A stretch of DNA of 64,000 bases from Candidatus Latescibacterota bacterium. GTDB taxonomy: Bacteria; Latescibacterota; UBA2968; GCA-2709665. The stretch covers positions 5,248,001 to 5,312,000 of the forward strand of contig OZ220733.1 in NCBI GenBank assembly GCA_965116875.1. The letters are read 5' to 3'. The notes under the pieces were generated by a model. It saw only the letters and a list, made by a program, of their open reading frames with translations. It ran no database searches and was not told where the DNA came from. Positions 18,624 through 28,233 of the stretch are shown here, piece after piece. A program made the position numbers and the translations under genes. The stretch's first letter is position 1; each line of letters begins with the position of its first letter.

Positions 18624-20012
18624 ATGACGACGGGCAAGCATCCGAATATCGTGCTCATCATGTCCGACCAGCACAATGCGAACGTGATGGGGTGCGCCGG
18701 CAACCCGATTGTGCAGACGCCGAACCTGGACGCGCTGGCCGGGCAGGGCGCCCGCTTCACGAACGCGTACTGTCCCTATCCGCTCTGCGCTCCGTCCAGG
18801 GCGGGTTTTATGGCTGGCAGCTACCCCAGCGAAGTCGGCGCATTCGACAACAGCGGGACACTATCACCGGAAACCCCCACGTTTGCTCATGGACTGGGCG
18901 CGGCGGGCTACGAGACCGTCCTCTGCGGCAGGATGCACTTTGTGGGTCCCGAACAACTGCTCGGATTCCAGAAACGCATCCACGCCGACTGCGGCGGGAC
19001 GCTTTCTCCGGAAATCCGGGGATCGGGAAACAACCGCACGACCGGGCAGTCGAAATACGCCGTTGAGGTCGCCGGATACGGAAGCACGGGGTACCAGGCG
19101 TTCGACGACAGCGTCACGGAAGCGGCGTGCAATGACATCGCGACGTGGACCGGGGACCGTCGCCCTCACTGCCTCGTCGTCGGCCTGATACTGCCCCACA
19201 ATCCCCTCATCTGTTCCAGACCCCTGTTTGACCGCTACATGGCGGAAATTCCTGCCCCGGAGCCCGTATCCCCCGCCTATCTGGACGCCCTCCACCCGGC
19301 GATGCGGAACTGGCGGAAGCGCCGGGGCGTGGACGATCTGACGCCGGAGCAGAACCGGCGGGGACTGGCCGCCTATTACGGCCTGGTCACGGAACTCGAC
19401 CGGAACGTCGGAAGCATCATGAATGCGGTTAAGTCCTCCCCGGCAGCCGAGAGTACAATCATCATCTACTGCTCCGACCACGGCGATATGGCCTGCGAAC
19501 ACGGCATGTGGTGGAAGAGCAGTTTCTACGACGGTTCGGCCCGCATTCCTCTTATCATTTCCTTCCCCGGGCAAATGAAACGTGGCTCAAACCACGCGGT
19601 TGTCAGTCTCATCGACGTTGGTCCCACGCTCCTGGAACTCGCCGGCGCTGTGCCGCTGCCGGATGTTTCCGGAAGAAGCTTCGCCGGCTTTCTTTACGGC
19701 GACGCCTCGATTCCGGACTGGCCCGCCGAAGTTTTTTCAGAATACATCGGGCTCCTCGACGATCGTCCCGCCTGCATGGTCCGCCGCGGCCCCTGGAAGC
19801 TGAACTATTATCACGAATTCCAGTCCTGCCAACTCTTCAATATGGACGAGGATCCGGGCGAAATGCACGACCGGGCAGAGGATCCGGACTGCCGGAAGAT
19901 CGTCGCGGATCTCCAGGACAGAATACACGCACGGTGGTCCGCCGAGCGCATGCTCAAAGATGCCGAAAGACAAAACCGCAGGCGCGACCTGATCCGTCGA
20001 TCCGGTGTCTGA
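18624..20012 (+). CDS. Sulfatase (choline-sulfatase-like)
   Basis: PNIVLIMSDQH, CAPSRA formylglycine motif, GRMHF, SDHGD, K..FY. Confidence 0.9.
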   Translation: MTTGKHPNIVLIMSDQHNANVMGCAGNPIVQTPNLDALAGQGARFTNAYCPYPLCAPSRAGFMAGSYPSEVGAFDNSGTLSPETPTFAHGLGAAGYETVLCGRMHFVGPEQLLGFQKRIHADCGGTLSPEIRGSGNNRTTGQSKYAVEVAGYGSTGYQAFDDSVTEAACNDIATWTGDRRPHCLVVGLILPHNPLICSRPLFDRYMAEIPAPEPVSPAYLDALHPAMRNWRKRRGVDDLTPEQNRRGLAAYYGLVTELDRNVGSIMNAVKSSPAAESTIIIYCSDHGDMACEHGMWWKSSFYDGSARIPLIISFPGQMKRGSNHAVVSLIDVGPTLLELAGAVPLPDVSGRSFAGFLYGDASIPDWPAEVFSEYIGLLDDRPACMVRRGPWKLNYYHEFQSCQLFNMDEDPGEMHDRAEDPDCRKIVADLQDRIHARWSAERMLKDAERQNRRRDLIRRSGV

Positions 20013-20151
20013 CGTCTCTTTGGAAACCGAACTTGACATTGCGGGACTTGAATCAGGATATTTGGAGGTCTATCTGAAGGGCCTGGCTGTCACTTCCCGC
20101 GCTTCGCGGTTGAGTGTTTCGTGCGCGGGTCGTTCTCGATGGGGTTTTCCA

Positions 20152-21048
20152 ATGCGATTTGCGCTGGTCGTCTTTTCCACCGTTTGCGCGTTGCAGTCGA
20201 TCTGTCAGAATTCCAGGGCATGGTCGCAGCCTACGCCGACCGAACACCCGAACTCCGGGTGGTACGCCGGCGTGACACTTGGACTGAATCGAGCCAACGA
20301 CATCGATCAGGAGGGGTGGAATCGAGATACCTTCTGCTATCCGACGGATGCGTGTTTCGATCTGGATCCCATTCCCACGATCTCTGGGTACCGGTGGCGG
20401 TACAATAACGAAACCGCCTCGGGACACGCGTTCCAGGTCTCGATCGGACGTATCTTCGATCGCAAGCGCGTTGAACTTGCGATATCGCAGCGAAGGAATG
20501 GCATCGACCAGATCTTTCAAAGCGTCACCAATTTCGATGGCGTGTCCATGGAAGACCGCGAAGGCGGAACGATCGACTCCAACACCCGGTCTTCGATCGA
20601 CGATTTTGTCGTACGCTCGCTTTCGCTCAACGCATACTACGATCTTCCTGGCGGTCAACGCGTTATTTCACCCTACGTCGGCGTTGGGATGGGGACGGCG
20701 CACGTAGCGATGACCGGAACGCACTACTCAGACAACCATACGGAAACGTCCGCCAGCGGCCAGGTATACGATCCTCCGCTATCGTTCTACAACGGCCGGC
20801 AGGAAGGCGACCTCGGCGACGTGGTTCTGATCGTGAACTTTCACGCTGGCGCGGAATATCCGGTCGGCGACAGGACGATGCTGGGATTGAAGCTTACATA
20901 CTCTGTCACGGGCGGCATGGATGTCCGGGGGGAGTACGAGATTCATCCAATGCACAGTATCGACCCTGATTTCTCCAGTCACAACTCGTTCGCCGGCGCA
21001 CGTCTCTGGACCCTGACGCTCAATGTGAAACACATTTTCGGCATCTGA
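20152..21048 (+). CDS. Outer membrane beta-barrel protein
   Basis: Signal peptide from ATG 20152, GWYAG, NAYYDL...SPYVGVG.G, terminal HIF. Confidence 0.7.
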   Translation: MRFALVVFSTVCALQSICQNSRAWSQPTPTEHPNSGWYAGVTLGLNRANDIDQEGWNRDTFCYPTDACFDLDPIPTISGYRWRYNNETASGHAFQVSIGRIFDRKRVELAISQRRNGIDQIFQSVTNFDGVSMEDREGGTIDSNTRSSIDDFVVRSLSLNAYYDLPGGQRVISPYVGVGMGTAHVAMTGTHYSDNHTETSASGQVYDPPLSFYNGRQEGDLGDVVLIVNFHAGAEYPVGDRTMLGLKLTYSVTGGMDVRGEYEIHPMHSIDPDFSSHNSFAGARLWTLTLNVKHIFGI

Positions 21049-21133
21049 GTCGTGCCGCCCGGCGCCCACGACGCGCCCCCGGGCCTGATTCCACGCCTCA
21101 ATTCACCCGGGGTACGCGAAACGGGAGCAAGCC

Positions 21134-22633
21134 ATGGTAAAGAAAGCGGATCATCCGGGGCTGTACGAATTGTACAGACGTGACCCGGACAAGGCCGACC
21201 GGCTCCTCTTCGGACGCGAGACCTGTTCCGACAGGCGCGGATTCCTGAAGGGCGCGGGACTGGCTGTGATGGGGGCCATGGTCGGTTCGACAATCCCCTT
21301 CCACCGCTTCATGCCGGCCCACTTCATCCCTTCCGTACTCGCAGGTGAAAGGGTGATCCACGGTAAAGACGGCGTGGTTGTGATCAACGAAAGACCACTG
21401 AATGCAGAAACCCCGGCCCACCTGCTGGATGACGCCATCACGCCCACGGAACGGCATTTTGTCCGGAATAACGGAATCCCGCCGGAGAACACGAATGGGG
21501 CCGGATGGAAGCTGACCGTCGACGGCCACGTGGACCGGCCGATGGCGCTGGACATCGACAGCCTCAAAGACCGGTTCGAGGTGATCACCCGCGCCCTGGT
21601 GCTGGAGTGCGGCGGCAACGGCCGCGCGTTCTTCGACCCGCCCGCCAAAGGTGATCAGTGGACCTTCGGTGCCGTCGGCTGTTCGGAATGGACGGGCGTT
21701 CGTCTCGCCGACGTCCTGAAGGCCGCTGGGGTCAGGACGAACGTCGTCTACACGGCGCACGAGGGCGCGGACACCCACCTCTCCGGGGAGCCTGGCAGGT
21801 TACCCCTTTCGCGGGGCGTGCCCATCGCGAAAGCCATGGACGAACACAATCTTATCGCCTTCGCCCAGAACGGCAAGCCCATCCACCCGATGAACGGCGC
21901 CCCGCTGCGGCTCATCGTGCCGGGATGGCCCGGCTCCTGCTCCCAGAAGTGGCTGATCCGCGTCTGGTTGCGGGATAAGGTTCACGACGGCCCGAAGATG
22001 ACCGGCACCTCCTATCGGATCCCAAACCGTCCGATCTCACCCGGCGAGCAGGTGGACGAAAGGGACTTTGACGTCATCCACAGCATGCCGGTGAAGTCCC
22101 TGATCACGAATCCGGCCAATGGGCACAGGACGGGCGAGCGATCGCTGGAAATCCGCGGACACGCGTGGGCCGGCGACCGGCGCGTGGACGCCGTGCACGT
22201 GTCGACCGACTTCGGCGCGACGTGGATGAAGGCAGCACTGGATGAACCGGTGAATGCGTACGCCTGGCAGAACTGGCGCACCAGGGTCGCATTTCCCCAG
22301 CCGGGATACTATGAAGTCTGGGCCAGGGCCACGGACTCGCAAGGCGTGAGCCAACCGCACGCGATCGCATGGAACCCGCGGGGATATCTGAATAACTCGA
22401 TGCATCGGGTGGCGGTGACGGTAGAAGAGAAAAGAGGAAGGAAGAAGGAAGAAGGAAGAAGCAAAAAGGATGAAGGAAGAAAGGCGCCGCTCTGCCCGGC
22501 GCGGCTTTTACAACGAACAGACTCCCCTCTCTACAACCGCTCGCGTGGCATCTGGTTTTGTAGGGGCAACCCTTGTGGTTGCCCACATAGCGGTTGTGAT
22601 TTCGCCGATTACCAACGCAAGTCCTTGACATGA
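21134..22633 (+). CDS. Tat-exported sulfite oxidase family molybdoenzyme (SoxC/SorT-like), C-terminally extended
   Basis: DRRGFLK Tat motif, FVRNN, LECGGNGR, GAPLRL.VPG, WNP.GY.NN. The ORF runs on through a purine repeat after VAVTV (about 22423). Confidence 0.85.
   Translation: MVKKADHPGLYELYRRDPDKADRLLFGRETCSDRRGFLKGAGLAVMGAMVGSTIPFHRFMPAHFIPSVLAGERVIHGKDGVVVINERPLNAETPAHLLDDAITPTERHFVRNNGIPPENTNGAGWKLTVDGHVDRPMALDIDSLKDRFEVITRALVLECGGNGRAFFDPPAKGDQWTFGAVGCSEWTGVRLADVLKAAGVRTNVVYTAHEGADTHLSGEPGRLPLSRGVPIAKAMDEHNLIAFAQNGKPIHPMNGAPLRLIVPGWPGSCSQKWLIRVWLRDKVHDGPKMTGTSYRIPNRPISPGEQVDERDFDVIHSMPVKSLITNPANGHRTGERSLEIRGHAWAGDRRVDAVHVSTDFGATWMKAALDEPVNAYAWQNWRTRVAFPQPGYYEVWARATDSQGVSQPHAIAWNPRGYLNNSMHRVAVTVEEKRGRKKEEGRSKKDEGRKAPLCPARLLQRTDSPLYNRSRGIWFCRGNPCGCPHSGCDFADYQRKSLT
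22424..22484 (+). repeat. Purine-rich heptamer tract (GAAGGAA)n
   Basis: gaagagaaaagaggaaggaagaaggaagaaggaagaagcaaaaaggatgaaggaagaaagg; related tracts on the minus strand at about 32885-32931 and 35198-35250. Confidence 0.75.
22560..22584 (+). repeat. GTAG-family REP-like palindrome
   Basis: GTAG followed by hairpin GGGCAACC-cttgt-GGTTGCCC. Confidence 0.7.
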
Positions 22634-22642
22634 ACCGCTTTT

Positions 22643-22674
22643 GGCTGACGGCTGAACGCTGATAGCTGACCGCT
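22643..22674 (-). repeat. Heptamer (TCAGCnn)n tract
   Basis: ggctgacggctgaacgctgatagctgaccgct; the same family occurs at 33694-33720 (tcagctatcagccgtcagccatcagct). Confidence 0.65.
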
Positions 22675-22706
22675 CCCTTTGATTCGATCCGATCAGGACG
22701 TTTTTT

Positions 22707-23414
22707 ATGTCACTCACACCAGAACAGATCCACCTCTTTCGCCACAACGGCTTCCTCAAATTGAAAAACCGGCTTCCGGGGGAGCGGGTTGAAAAACTCC
22801 GAGAGGCGGTTTGGAGGAATATTCGTGAGGAAAATGAACCGGCTGTGCGCGACCGAGAAGGACGCATCGTACGGCTCTCGGGCGTCGTCTCCAGAGAGCC
22901 TGTTTTCCTTGAAACTGCCACATGCCCCCTGGTCCTGGATCCCCTGGAGTCCCTTCTGGGCCCGAACATAGAACTCATCACGAACCGGCACAACCACGCC
23001 ACACTCCGCCTGGCCTCGGAGGACCGGCCGGAGCGAATGCACCGCGACGTCAGGCAGTGGTCGCGTACCATCTTCACGGTGATCTTCTACCTTGAACAGA
23101 CAACCGTGGAGAATGGATGCACGCTGGTCGTGCCCGGCTCCCACCATTTCCCGGGCGTCGACGGCCGTCTGTACGACGAAGCCCCAACACGACATCTCCT
23201 GGATCAGGCCGTGCCCGTTCCCATGCCCGAAGGCGGCCTGCTCGTCATCGACAGCATGATCATGCACGGTGTCGGTCAAAACAGGACGGACGGCACCCGG
23301 ATGAGTATGACCATGGGCTACCACAGCGTGGATGAAATCGCCGACCTTGAGAATCCACATCGCATGCTCGTGCGCGGCGAACGGCCCTACGATGGCAACG
23401 TGCCCCGGAAATAG
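22707..23414 (+). CDS. Phytanoyl-CoA dioxygenase family Fe(II)/2OG oxygenase
   Basis: LT.EQI..F...GFL, HRD, NG.T.VVPGSH, MHG...N.T...R. Confidence 0.9.
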   Translation: MSLTPEQIHLFRHNGFLKLKNRLPGERVEKLREAVWRNIREENEPAVRDREGRIVRLSGVVSREPVFLETATCPLVLDPLESLLGPNIELITNRHNHATLRLASEDRPERMHRDVRQWSRTIFTVIFYLEQTTVENGCTLVVPGSHHFPGVDGRLYDEAPTRHLLDQAVPVPMPEGGLLVIDSMIMHGVGQNRTDGTRMSMTMGYHSVDEIADLENPHRMLVRGERPYDGNVPRK

Positions 23415-23424
23415 GGGTTATGTG

Positions 23425-23484
23425 GCCGCCGGCTGCCAGAGTCCAGTCGGGTTCTCCGTGCCGGATGAGATGAAACGTCGTCAT
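23425..23484 (-). pseudogene. 5' stub of a histidine phosphatase gene
   Basis: GGAG RBS then MTTFHLIRHGEPDW (RHG motif); similarity is lost after about 18 codons where it meets the convergent PhyH gene. Confidence 0.6.
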
Positions 23485-23502
23485 TCGATTTATGCTCCCG
23501 TT

Positions 23503-24267
23503 TCAGGTTTTTCTCCCCGCGATCAACAGCTTCTGGGGAAGACCCTGAAGCGGCGCGCCCTCCCATCCCTCAGCCTCATCCCCGATTTCCTCAAACCGGA
23601 TCAGATCGACGCCCTGCTCAATGACGGCCCTGAGGTACTCGGAAACCGTCCAGTGAAATTCGAACTGCTTCACTTCACCAGGCGCTTCATCGAGAACATC
23701 CCTGGATGCAGTGTATTCGTGCGGGCCGTTGTCAAAATAGCTGAAACCGACTTCCAGCGACGATGCCTGACCCTTCCAGATACGTCGGAAGGGATGGTAC
23801 TCGTTGATCAGAAATAACCCCTTCCGGCGCAAGATCCGAATTGCCTCCCGGTAATAGGTTCGCAGGTCGCTGACCCACACCGCCACGTGGCCACCGGTGT
23901 ATACGAGGTCGAAACTTTCGTCTTTCAGACAACCCAGGTCAGAGACGTCGGATTCGACGAACTCGATGGTCAGACCCAATTCGCGGGCGCGTCGTTCCGC
24001 CACCGCAAGCTGTTCGACCGAGATGTCCACGGACGTGACCCTTGCGCCCATTCCGGCAAACGCGAAAACCGCGAGGTTGTCGCCGCTGCCCAGCACGCAG
24101 ACGTGCCTTCCGTCCGCATCGCCAATCAGATCCATCTCTTGCGGCAGGAATACCTGTTCGGGATCCCGGTGAGCAACTCTCCATGTTCCGCGCCGGTCGT
24201 GCATGGCAGCCCAGGCATCGGCCCCAAGGTTCCAGCGTGCGCGATTCGCACGGTGATATTCGTTCAC
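23503..24267 (-). CDS. Class I SAM-dependent methyltransferase
   Basis: VLGSGD, VTSVDIS, FDLVY, EYHP. Confidence 0.85.
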   Translation of the reverse strand: MNEYHRANRARWNLGADAWAAMHDRRGTWRVAHRDPEQVFLPQEMDLIGDADGRHVCVLGSGDNLAVFAFAGMGARVTSVDISVEQLAVAERRARELGLTIEFVESDVSDLGCLKDESFDLVYTGGHVAVWVSDLRTYYREAIRILRRKGLFLINEYHPFRRIWKGQASSLEVGFSYFDNGPHEYTASRDVLDEAPGEVKQFEFHWTVSEYLRAVIEQGVDLIRFEEIGDEAEGWEGAPLQGLPQKLLIAGRKT

Positions 24268-24346
24268 ATTGTTCCTTTCTGCAACAATCCAGGACCTTCC
24301 TCTATTTCACTCTGCTGCAACGTCGACCGTCATCGGAGCGTCGCAA

Positions 24347-26428
24347 TCATTGCGCGGTGTCCAGCACCTCCACGTAAGCGTCGTACAAACTCTGTATCTT
24401 CTCCACGTAGTGCACGGGCTGGCCGCCTCGGCAGTAGCCGTAGCGCGCCCGCTCGTAATAGGCCGGTTGTGAAAGCAGGCGCATCGCCTGCTCCACGTTG
24501 CCGAACCAGCGGTTGGAGTCCCATCCCTTTTCGCGCGCCAGGCGGCGGGCATCCAGGAGATGTCCGTAACCGACGTTATAGGACGCCAGCGCGAAGTGAA
24601 TCCGCGACTGAATAGGGATCTCCAGGTCGAATCGCTGGATCAACTGATGCATGTACTTGGTGCCGGCATGGATGCCCTGTTCCGGATCCTCCAGATTTTT
24701 GAAACCGAGTTGAAGCCCCGTTTTCGGCATCACCTGCATCAATCCCCTGGCGCCAACCCAGCTGACGGCGTTGGGATCGAATTTGGACTCCTGGTATATC
24801 TGTGCGGTAATCAGGCGCCAGTCCTGGCTGTATTGCTTCGCGTACTTTTTCGCAAGATCGTCATACGGCGACAACTGTCCGCTTATGCCGACCCGCGTTG
24901 AATCCTTTGCTCTTGCGATCCGTCGAGGGTTCTCGAAATACCGTTTCTTCATCATGTTGAAGTAGAGGCCGCCTTTTTCCCGCCGGATGTACTCATTGAG
25001 CGATCCCAGCAGGGCCGGATTGTCCTTGCGCACCGCCCAGCCAAGCGTCGTGGATTTGATGCTGAAGGCGGCCTTGAGTCTCACGCCGTACGTGCGTTCC
25101 ACGTCGAACAGGTTGGAGTCGACAAGAGTCAGGTCATAAAGGCCGGACTCGACCCCCGCCATTATTTCTTCGGTCTCGACGTCGTCGGGAAGTTTGACAA
25201 TCCGGACGTCTTTCACGGAATCCTGCAGCGCCTTCAATGTCGTGTAGAATGAAGAACTCCCACGCACGTAGAACGTCCGACCCGCCAGGTCCCGGATTGT
25301 CTCAATCGAATCGTCATCCTCACGTACAACGACGACTTCGTCCACCTCGTTATAAGCCCGCGTATAGTCCGCCTCCGCCTGCCGTTCCGGCGTTATGGTC
25401 ATCGCCGCGGCCACCACGTCTCCCTTCCCGTCGTTCAGATAGGACAGCAGTTCGGCATGGGATTTCGGGATAACGATCTCCAGGCGCAGGCCGTGTTCCG
25501 TTGCGAACTTCTTCATCAGTTCGTACTCGAATCCCACCTGCAGGCCCCGGTGTATGAAATAGGTCATCGCGTTGTTGCGCGTGATCATACGAAGCCGGCC
25601 ACGCTCGATCAGCCCCGGGAGATCGTCCGTGAACTCCTGCTGCCGCTCTCGAGAAAAGTGCCAGGCCTGAAGAAACTCATCCACCCTGGTCTTGAGCACG
25701 GTGTCTTCCGGCCGCATCATCACCGCGATCGGGCGGCCCTTCGCCAGCACGAGCGGCGTAGTGAGGCTGTCATAATAGCTCGAAAGCGCGTGCCACAGAT
25801 GCGAATCGGCCAACGTGGCTTCGTATTCCCCGCTGGCGACGCCATCCAGCAGTGCTTCGATGTTCCGGGTCTCCGGCGCAGTCCGGATTCGCAGGGACGG
25901 CACCTGCCGCTGGAGGTTGACAAGCGTCTGATAGTACGAGCTCGAACGCCGCACGCTGATTTCCATGCCCGCAAGGTCATCGACCGTCTGTGGAAGTTTG
26001 TCGCCCGTTTTGGTGACCAGATATTCGTCGACGTACATATAGGGGACCGAAAACGCGGCTTGCTTCTGGCGTTCGGGCGTTATGGTCAGGCTGGCCACAA
26101 CCAGGTCGCCCTCACCCTCGAGCAACTTCCCCATGATTGAGGAGAAATCTCCCACCTTGACAAGAACCGGCTGCAATTCCAGCGCCTCCGCAAGCTCCCG
26201 CGCGATATCGTAAGCGATCGTGACGTGCTGACCATGCCGCGGCAGATAGGCGATTGGTTCGAGCGGGACGATCGCCCTGAGTTTTGCACGCGAACTCAAT
26301 TCGGCAAGATCGCCGGTGTATTTCGGCGCAGAAGCCGACGAAGAGGAATTATCGGGTTCGCTGCATTGAAGAAGGACGCACACGGCGGCCAGCGCGATGG
26401 GAAGGCTCACGCGGATTCGCCTCAACAT
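24347..26428 (-). CDS. mltF: Lytic murein transglycosylase MltF-like, with two periplasmic binding domains
   Basis: Two SBP_bac_3-like repeats plus an SLT domain (YQESKF, GARGLMQ, ASYN.G.GH..DAR, ARYGYCRG). RBS GAGGAG before MLRR. Confidence 0.85.
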   Translation of the reverse strand: MLRRIRVSLPIALAAVCVLLQCSEPDNSSSSASAPKYTGDLAELSSRAKLRAIVPLEPIAYLPRHGQHVTIAYDIARELAEALELQPVLVKVGDFSSIMGKLLEGEGDLVVASLTITPERQKQAAFSVPYMYVDEYLVTKTGDKLPQTVDDLAGMEISVRRSSSYYQTLVNLQRQVPSLRIRTAPETRNIEALLDGVASGEYEATLADSHLWHALSSYYDSLTTPLVLAKGRPIAVMMRPEDTVLKTRVDEFLQAWHFSRERQQEFTDDLPGLIERGRLRMITRNNAMTYFIHRGLQVGFEYELMKKFATEHGLRLEIVIPKSHAELLSYLNDGKGDVVAAAMTITPERQAEADYTRAYNEVDEVVVVREDDDSIETIRDLAGRTFYVRGSSSFYTTLKALQDSVKDVRIVKLPDDVETEEIMAGVESGLYDLTLVDSNLFDVERTYGVRLKAAFSIKSTTLGWAVRKDNPALLGSLNEYIRREKGGLYFNMMKKRYFENPRRIARAKDSTRVGISGQLSPYDDLAKKYAKQYSQDWRLITAQIYQESKFDPNAVSWVGARGLMQVMPKTGLQLGFKNLEDPEQGIHAGTKYMHQLIQRFDLEIPIQSRIHFALASYNVGYGHLLDARRLAREKGWDSNRWFGNVEQAMRLLSQPAYYERARYGYCRGGQPVHYVEKIQSLYDAYVEVLDTAQ

Positions 26429-26756
26429 AGGAATCTCCTCGTGCCGGTTTTTCGATACGTCGTGGACTTGATCTTTAACGTCCCGGGAATCCCGGAAGTT
26501 TCCATTTGCGTGACCGAATCCCAACACCTGTTTGTTCCTCTGTGGAAACGCAACCGAACGGTGCCCTGCAGGGAACGGTTGCATTTTGCGACGCTCTACT
26601 CAGAATCCGCATTCAGGGTCCCGCAATAAAACTTGTAGTATCCGTGCTGCCTGAGTCCCACGTCCTCGTAGAACGCACCCGCCGGCGTGGACTCGTTGGC
26701 ATGTGGGAGCGGTCTTTCGAAACGTGGTCATTGAGCATGCCTGCATTGAGCTCGAT

Positions 26757-26914
26757 CCCTGAGCCTGTCGAAGGGTGTCGAAATGTCGAAATGCCCGTAT
26801 TACGTAATCTGTTGGCCGCCTTTAGGTGCCCCTCGCCGACCCTTCGACAGGCTCAGGGAGCGGCTCGGATGGCAGACGCCGCTTCCTTAGTGTTGCCCTA
26901 AGCCTGTCGAAAGG
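26757..26914. repeat. REP-like cluster CCCTGAGCCTGTCGAAGGG
   Basis: Perfect 19-bp inverted pair at 26757-26775 and 26840-26858, plus a degenerate copy at 26896-26914. Confidence 0.8.
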
Positions 26915-26970
26915 TCGAAGGGATGCCTGCCGGGGGACTCACGGTCGTATGTCAAACACAACACCAGCCG

Positions 26971-27783
26971 TCAATCGGCCGGCTTCTGCCCGATGTAGAG
27001 GATGTGGCTGGACGAAGCCACGATGCTCTGCTCCGAACTGATCTCGAACAGCAGATTCTCCCAGAGTTCCCGCTGCTTACCCTTGAGGTCATTGTAATTT
27101 TCATCGTGCGAAGAGATCGCCGGCTCCAGCCCTGCAATCTCCAGCGTAACGAATCCCGCACGCTCATGGATGGGGGCAACTTCCTCATAGCGAACGAAAT
27201 ACCCGCGGAAGCCGCCGCGCGGCGCATCAATTGGCCGATGGCCGTTGCCGATCAAGGACCGGACCTCATCATTATTCTCAATCCACGCCGGGTTTTTCCT
27301 GATCAGGTCTCCAATCACACCGAACCTGGAGAGCATCGTTGAAAGGACCACGCCACCGGGCTTCAGGCGCTCGAAAGCGGATCTCAGTGCCATGGTCCGA
27401 TCAGCCTCATCCACCAGATGGTACAGTGGGCCCATCAGGAGGACGGCGTCGAACTGTCCGCACGGAACCCCGTCCAGGGTGCGTGCATCGCCGGTCCGGA
27501 AATCGGTCTGTTCTGCAAGCCGGAGCGACTCGGCCCTCGCCTTGCATCGAACAACGAACGCTTCGGCGAGATCCACTGACGTAATCCGGTATCCCCGCCT
27601 TGCGAGGGTAAACGTATAAAAGCCGGTACCGAATCCGACTTCAAGAAGCCTGCCGCGAGGCGGGAGGTACAGATCCAGATATCGCCACGTCAGATCGGCT
27701 TCCAACCGGTGGCGCGAGAGCCGGTCGTCCTCGGCGTCCCATCCTGCGTTGTAGTACTCGCGTATGTCGCTCACGTCATCCAT
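26971..27783 (-). CDS. Class I SAM-dependent methyltransferase
   Basis: LLEVGFGTG, GDAR, FDAVLLMGPLYHL, LKPGG. Confidence 0.9.
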   Translation of the reverse strand: MDDVSDIREYYNAGWDAEDDRLSRHRLEADLTWRYLDLYLPPRGRLLEVGFGTGFYTFTLARRGYRITSVDLAEAFVVRCKARAESLRLAEQTDFRTGDARTLDGVPCGQFDAVLLMGPLYHLVDEADRTMALRSAFERLKPGGVVLSTMLSRFGVIGDLIRKNPAWIENNDEVRSLIGNGHRPIDAPRGGFRGYFVRYEEVAPIHERAGFVTLEIAGLEPAISSHDENYNDLKGKQRELWENLLFEISSEQSIVASSSHILYIGQKPAD

Positions 27784-27795
27784 GGATAGCCTGGT

Positions 27796-28020
27796 CGGGT
27801 GTAAACCTGAATTCGAAAGAAGACAACCGTTAATTTACCACAAAAAGCCTGAATGCGGGGAGACGGTAGAGGGAAGACGGGAGAAGAAGCCCTTGCCCGA
27901 TACTCTATTCCATCTTGCCTCCGGCGGGAGAAGAAACTCCACAGGGCAGGAAATCTCTCCCCTCTACCGTCTACCCGCTTCTGAGGTGCCGGGGGTAGAG
28001 GTCCCGTTCACATCCAGTGA
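27796..28020 (+). repeat. MITE/structured-RNA-like dispersed element, copy A
   Basis: Near-perfect inverted repeat at 27855-27873 / 27960-27978; homologous to 60814-61078 (+), 35062-35197 (-) and 33942-33998 (-, partial). Confidence 0.8.
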
Positions 28021-28233
28021 ACGGGACCTTTGACGTCAATTCGCCTTTGTTTTTCTGTATTTATTCGACATTCAGATCCCCGAAAAATTCGAATCAAGGT
28101 TATTTCCTGAAGCTTCCTGGTCGTACCGAAAATTGCCGATTTGCCGTACCGAATCTAGCACCTTCGGGCGGCCACGTGGTGCCACAATGTGGCAATTTGC
28201 GGCACGGGGTCATCTGATCTTTTCCAATCAATG

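Noticed and set aside
28180-28194. Palindrome TGCCACA-A-TGTGGCA
   Set aside because: Single copy at a gene 3' end with no linked regulator or promoter; could be chance.
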